A DNA stretch of 64,000 nucleotides, taken from assembly GCA_951406725.2 (NCBI GenBank), contig OX597839.1, positions 29,946,001 to 30,010,000 on the forward strand, in the 5' to 3' direction. Shown here in pieces: positions 1 to 64,000 of this stretch; positions within the stretch are counted from its first letter, which is position 1, and each line of letters opens with the position of its first letter. Both the position numbers and the translations under genes were made by a program. The notes beneath the pieces were generated by a model, which saw nothing but the letters and a program-made list of their open reading frames with translations, was not told the DNA's origin and did no database searches. Source of the stretch: Octopus vulgaris. Lineage: Eukaryota.

Positions 1-2373
1 AGATCATAATGGCCCTTGTACGTCAGGAAAGGATTATGAATCGATAGTGTTTTCATCTAGCAGTGAATCTGGAAATGGATCATCTGGTGAAGATAAAGAT
101 TTTCCAATTCCATTTTCCATTAAATGGAAAGACGTCAGCAAAAACATAAGTTCAAAAACACCAATCAAATGAATAAAATTCCCAGAATTAGCTTCTGCCT
201 GTGACTGCACTGCTGCTCTTCTTACAAGTTTGTTCATCAGCGACTTAACGGGAAGTACATCTGTTGAATGTTCTTTCATTATAGACAGATCGAAAGTTAG
301 GTGGGAACCTAACATAAATCCCTGCAGCAGGAAGGTAGGCCGTGTATTTTGATGGAAAGAAGGACACAACCCTCATTAGTGAACAAATGGAAAAAATATT
401 TCATAAGAAAACAATTCAAGAAGAGAACATTTCATTGACTGAAGAACCTGAGTCCCATGATCTTGGGCACTTTGCTGTTAAAATGGGTTCTGTGAGAGCC
501 ATTTCCCATGGTTTGCTGAATTAATTGGAAACCAATGAAATAGTAACCAATCACATGATAGCTGTTGGTTACAATGGTACTGCAGTTAATAAAGGACCAA
601 AAGGAGGCACCATTAGATTTTTGGAGTATAAATTGAAGAAGCCATTGCATTGGTTTGTGTGTCAGCTTCACGCAAATGAGCTTCCCTTACACCATCTTAT
701 TAACAATCTCAATGGAAAAGCTATCGGGCCTCGTGGATTTCTTTGGCAGATTGGAGCGATGTGAAACACTAAGTTGTAGTGAAATTTAATCAGATTCAAA
801 CAGACTTGCCATCAGTAGATAGAAATGATCTCAGTACTGATCAAAAATACCTTCTTGATATCCACCAGTCTATTTCCAAAGGGAAATGTTCATCTGAAAA
901 GGCATTAACGAATTCTGGTAAAATGGCACATTCTTAATGTGCTTACAGCTGCAAATTGTATGCTACGGTTGTATGTTGCCACCAAGAATCCTTCTAACAC
1001 GAGGAAATTAATTGTTGCTTACATAAAGAAAGTTTACGTGCCAATGTGGTTCACAATTAAACACAGCTCTTCCTTGGAAAATGAGGCTCTAAATGTGTTC
1101 AAGATGATTGAGTCTTTAAGAGAAATGGACCAAGTAGTACAAGACATTGTATTTCCAGTTATACAATGTAATGCTTTCTTTGTGCACTCAGAAAATATTT
1201 TACTGGCCATGATAGACAATGAATGGAGCCACATTCGAGAACTAGCATGGAGGTACATAAAACAGGCTTGAATACAGTATAAAAAGAAATCTGTGCAACC
1301 TTTCAAAGTTCCTACCCTAAACTTTGCTGCCTCAAACTACGTGGATGTAATTAACTGGCATGACACTATTGTTACTGAACCACCTCTAACACAGGCATTT
1401 TCCAATGAAGAAATTGATACCTTCATTCAACTGCGGCATTTGATGCAACTGGAAAAATTACTGTGCCACACCCAAGCTGTGGAGAGATGTGTAAAACTCG
1501 TGACAGAAGCATCATCTAATGTTTGTGGTGAGAACAGTCAAGACAATTTCATTAGGAGTTGAATCGAATCAAGAGAAAAAATTCTGGTGTTCAAGACGAA
1601 AAAAGTATTTCAAATTGAAAGGTAATACAGCAATAATCAATTAGAATTGTTTAGTTTTAGCTATTTTGAACATAACAAACAATTAGCATTATGTTGTTTT
1701 AGAAATTTTCAAAACAACAAATCTTTGACTGTTCCATTTTTTATTTGTGAGTAAAATGCTAATTTGCATCTATGAAAAACTGAATTGGCTTTATTACTGG
1801 AACGAAAAGAAATACACTACAATGATTTGTATTATTTAGTTACATGGAATTATTTTGAACAAATTGGAAATGTTAATTATGTTTATCACCAGAATGTGTC
1901 AAGAATCAAAAACTGGTTTACATGAAATTTTATTTTAATGTGTGTTTAGTCTAGACCTCATGTAACATATTTGGTGACCTAGTATTAAAAATAATAAAGA
2001 AAACAAAGTTGAAAAATCTATTTATTTCACCTTATTTTGAAATTTCAAGCACATTGCAGAGCCTGAAGATATAAATTTTAGGGCTTCAGATTTTAACACT
2101 TGTTTTTAAAGGATTGCACCAAAAAAACCAATTTGTAACAATGAATGTAAAAAATAAAATGAGGAACAGCAAACATGTTATGAATTGATTTTTAGTTCAT
2201 TATTCAAAATTTCAAGTCGGCTGTGGTGGAGCCTGAAGATATAAATTAAAGAACTTGAGATTTTAACACAGTTGTTTTTAAAGGATTTCACAATACAAAA
2301 TATGTTCTTGAAAACATATTTTGAAAATCAGTGTAAAAAGTACCTTTTTTGCTCTACTCTATTGTCCATCCTA
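1..2373 (+). mobile_element. decayed hAT-like (hATm-type) DNA transposon, transposase pseudogene and 3' end
   Basis: Fragmented ORFs with GTAVNxG..GGxIRxLE..PLHWFVCQLHANELP, LSTDQKYL, YVPMWF and CHTQAVERCVKLVTEAS; ~80-bp subterminal direct repeats at ~2040-2120 and ~2207-2290; putative terminus ..tccatccta at 2373. Confidence 0.7.
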
Positions 2374-2782
2374 GCTTATTCATCTTACCTCACCCATTAC
2401 TCCTACATTATACTTCTCAAGCCTTGCACTATTCTATTTAATCCTTCCACTGTAGAGTATGAATCTTTTGGACTTTCCTCCACCTAAATCAATTGATACA
2501 AGTTCAACTATACCAATATCATCAATTTCAGAAAACCTTACCCCTTCTTCCTGACTACATTTAAAAAATATATATATATATATAGCCAATTTTGTCACAA
2601 GAACAATCAATGCAACATTGTTTTAGGAGATATTAAGTACAGTAATGTATTTCCATTGACATGTCATTTAGTTAGTGAGCTGAAAATACTTCAATCAACC
2701 AAGATTGTCCACAAAATTAGTAAACAAAAAACATGCAATTACCTAAATATTTTGAATGTGTGTAATAGTTTAAACAACTTAC

Positions 2783-60533
<57,751 letters not shown>

Positions 60534-60949
60534 CTGATTTTTCAAACAAGAAAGATAACATAGATTTAAACATTCTAAGACATAGATGAACATGTGGCAG
60601 GAAAGGAGGATTGCAGAATGATGAAGAGTCAGAATAGCACAAAGAAAAAAGAGAGTCTGAGGGGCAAGAGAGAGGGAGGGGGAAATAAATCATTGCTATA
60701 ATGTTAAACTGTTGTATATCCAGTTCTTTTGGTCAAACTCTCCTATCTCCAGCTGCTTCAGATGCCAAGATATCAAAAATTGTCAAAGTGGAGTACAACG
60801 GTTTTGCTATGGAATGGTATATTGATATAACTATTTTTTTGTTTTCTGAAAAAGCAACATTTTGGAAGTGTGACACTTCTGCATAACAGCAATGAAATGT
60901 AATAGAAATAGGATAGGAGTAGAAATGGTGAAAACTGAAGGATAAACAA

Positions 60950-61552
60950 TGAATCGAAGTCATGGTCGATGCCAGTGCCATGTAAGAGGTACCCATAAAT
61001 CAAAGTCATGGTCATTCGCTGCTGGTGTCATGTAAATGACACCCATACATCGTAGTTAGGGTTGTTGATGGCGCCATGTAAATTGCACTTGTGAATCAAC
61101 ATGGTTGCTGCTGGTGCCATGTAAGTGGTATCCATACATCATAGCCATGGTCATCAACAGTGCCATGTCAAATGATACCTGGGAATCGGGGTTGTTGATG
61201 GTGCAACATAAATGGCACTTGAGTCGTGGTCGTTGCCACTGCAATGCAAATGGCACCCATGAATCATAGTCATGGTCACTGCCAGTGCCATGGAAATGGT
61301 ACCCATGCATTGTAATCATTGCCACCACCTGTGAATCATAGTCATGGTTGTGTGCCAGTGTCATGTAAATGGGACCTGTACTGATGGCACATAAAAGTAC
61401 TCATTACACTTCTGAAGTGGTTAGCATTAGAAAGAGCATCCAGCTGTAGAAACCATGCCATATCAGACTGGAAGCTGATGCAGCTCTCTGGCTCATCAGC
61501 TCCAGTCAAACCATCTCACCCATGCCAGCGTGGAGAGCAGACTTCAAATGAC
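60950..61552 (+). mobile_element. (GAT)n-tailed retroposon with a ~45-bp tandem hairpin array (60950-61380)
   Basis: About 9-10 degenerate units gaatc..tggtc.ttgccagtgccatgtaaatggcaccc, followed by the shared tail. Confidence 0.8.
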
Positions 61553-63044
61553 GAGAAAATGTAAAAGACAAAAAGGAGAAAAATAAAGAGATAAGGAAGG
61601 AAGAATTGGATATGAGGGAGGGGAGTAGAGCAAGAGGAGAGAGGGGGAAAATTGAAAGAAAGGAAGAGATGAAAGAGAGGAGGAGAGGAACGGAAAGAGA
61701 AAAAGGTGAAAATGAGGTGAAGAGAAGGAGGAAAGACAAAAGATGTGAAAAAGTGTATTGGTTATAAATCAAAAGGGCACCTAGCAAGATTTGAACCCAA
61801 TGTTGATGGAAGCACAAGCATAGTTGTGTTATGAAGTTCACTTCCCAATAACATGGTTTCAAGTTCAGTTCCACTATGGAGAACCTTAGGAAAGTGGCAA
61901 GCATCTTTTACTATAGTCCTGAGCTGACCAAAGCCTTGTAAGTGAATGAAAACCAAAAGAAGCTTGCTGTGTGTGTGTGTGTGTGTGTGCATGTACACAA
62001 AAGCTACTTGCTGCAAGCTGTGTTATCTCTTCTATCAACAACATACATGCTTGTTCCACACTTCAAGGAGCTTGTGGAATAAGGGATCCCTTATTTTAAG
62101 AACAAGTAAGGGTTAATGACAGAAAGTGCACTGGCAGTAAAACACTGTCCCAATAACATATTCATCTAACCTATGCTAGCATGGAAAAAATGTAAGTAAA
62201 ATGAATGGGTGATAGCCAAGTACACTTAATATTTCATGTAAATGGCTGAGCTTGCAAAAAAAAGGGCAAAATAAAGAGAAAAATGGCATGCTAATGTTGA
62301 CTCTTCTGGATCTTATACTGAATCAACAAAGTTTATGTATAGTGACTTCAAGGATGAGAATTTCAAGTGCATAAGAAGCTTTCTCTTAATGCTTTTAGAA
62401 CAGGAATTGGAGGCAGAGTTTTGCATTAAGATATAAAACAAACTTTGGAATGTAAACTAATCAACATGTAACTTTAAAGAAAAAAGGCAGAATTAGAAAA
62501 AAAAAGTACTTAATTTCTAGCTCTATTTAATCTAATTAAGGAGATAACTCACACAAGCACAGGAATAGATTAATGTAACCAATTCACCATGTTAAAAATT
62601 AAAAAGAAAGCAAAGATTGTCAAAGCATGAACAGAACACCATCAAAGCGTCTATCAAGGGTTAAATTTAGATTAATGCAATACAAGCTTTTATCTGAAAT
62701 TAGTTTAACCCTTTAGCATTTAAGTTGACCATATCCAGCCAAAATATTTTACATGGTTTCATGTTCAAACTGGCCGGATTTGGTCTCTCATGCACACCCT
62801 ACAATGTCATTCTGAAAATAAACAATCACATCATTGAAATCTCAAGGTTACAAGATGATGTGCTATCATTTTCAAACAATATGCATCATATTTGACAGGA
62901 AATTCTGAATGCTAAACGGTTAATAGTTAAACGAAAAATTAATCCTAATCAATGCAAAATAAAAGCATTTCAATTAATGAAAACTTACACGAATATCAAT
63001 CTGAAGAACAGTGTCAAACGAAATCTATATCTTTATAAATATAA

Positions 63045-63265
63045 ATATTGGTTTCAGATTTTGGCACAAGGCCAACAGTTTCAGAGGAGGAGGAGGTAAG
63101 TCTACAGCATCAACCCCAATGCTCAACTGCTACTTATTTTATCGACACTGAAAGGATGAGAAGCAAAGTCTAACTTGCCGGAATTTGAACTCAGAACATA
63201 AAGAGAGATGAATTGCTGCTGAGCATTTTGCCTAGTGTGCCAATGATTCTGCCAGCTCAATGCCT
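63045..63265 (-). mobile_element. Meta-type tRNA SINE
   Basis: tacttattttatcgac..gaaaggatga..gaatttgaactcagaac..gagcattttgcctagtgtgccaatgattctgccagctc. Confidence 0.75.
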
Positions 63266-64000
63266 GATAATAATAAATTACATTTGCTGAACACATGCTG
63301 GCATAGAAAAAGGGATATAAAACAAAGGAATATATGCATCATCATCGTCAATGTTTTAACTTCCACTTTTTCATGCATGCAAGGATCGGATACAATTTCT
63401 GTGGCTGGGTACCCTTTCTGTTGACACAAAATCATCTGTTTCCAAGCAAGGTAATATTTCCCTGCAGTTTGACAAGTTGTTGCAGAAAATTAGAAATGAC
63501 CAACACCATTTGTATGACAGTGACACATGGAATCAAGACACACATACACACACACAATGGCTTCTTTTAACTTCATCAAACAACTCCACTCACAAGCTTT
63601 TGGCTGCCCTGTGGCTATTGTACAAGACACTTGATGTGCCATACAGTGCAAATGAACCAAAAAACCATGTAACTTCTTACCACATAGCCACACTGTGTGA
63701 AGATATTATAATTAAATATTTTCACAATATATTTTATACTTCTGCCTTTTACATTGTTACAATGACATGGAAGTGGTTTTTATTTTTGGGGGGTTTTTTA
63801 AGACATATCTTATAAAAGATATCTGTGCAGAAGGACAAAGGTTTAGGTCTTTGGTCTTCCCTGTCCTGCTCTATAGTTGTGAAACTTGAACACTGTCTGA
63901 GAACCTCAAGAACTGCCTGAACTCCTTTGGTATCAGAACGCTTCACAGGATTATGGCTTTACCACTGGTCAAATTTCGTATCCAACCAACAACTCAGAAA

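Noticed and set aside
60950-61380. Repeat array resembling a CRISPR
   Set aside because: Units are degenerate along their whole length, with no unique spacers and no cas genes, in a eukaryotic retroposon context.
63749-63946. Minus-strand ORF at the window end as a possible GIGYF exon
   Set aside because: No GIGYF-like motifs and no convincing donor; more likely a decayed transposon fragment.

Overview
AT-rich, repeat-dense eukaryotic (animal) genomic DNA. The SINE, RTE and microsatellite landscape suggests a coleoid cephalopod such as Octopus (inference). The window lies inside one large minus-strand gene, a GIGYF1/2 orthologue (GRB10-interacting GYF protein). I reconstructed 21 GT-AG exons by hand between 60533 and 2783 (3461 nt, about 1154 codons), phase-consistent and without stops. 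They encode the PEW/TFD DDX6-binding-type motif, the GYF domain, Q/P-rich segments and charged helical segments; the 5' and 3' ends of the gene lie outside the window. The introns contain decayed hAT-like, Tc1/mariner, piggyBac, Helitron/Helentron, RTE, CR1, Tx1/L1, Penelope and gypsy-gag remnants, three SINE-like families, a U6 fragment and a ~3 kb (TA/TACA)n tract. Main observations: (1) a ~1.4 kb inverted RTE pair brackets exactly the three GYF exons, which form a 258-nt phase-0, stop-free cassette (candidate in-frame skipping or a translatable circRNA); (2) a junction is filled by two exact templated copies from 2.5-2.8 kb away; (3) a host exon is partly duplicated next to a gag remnant; (4) a retroposon tail carries a tandem array of GNRA-loop hairpins. 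All calls were made by eye; no searches were run.
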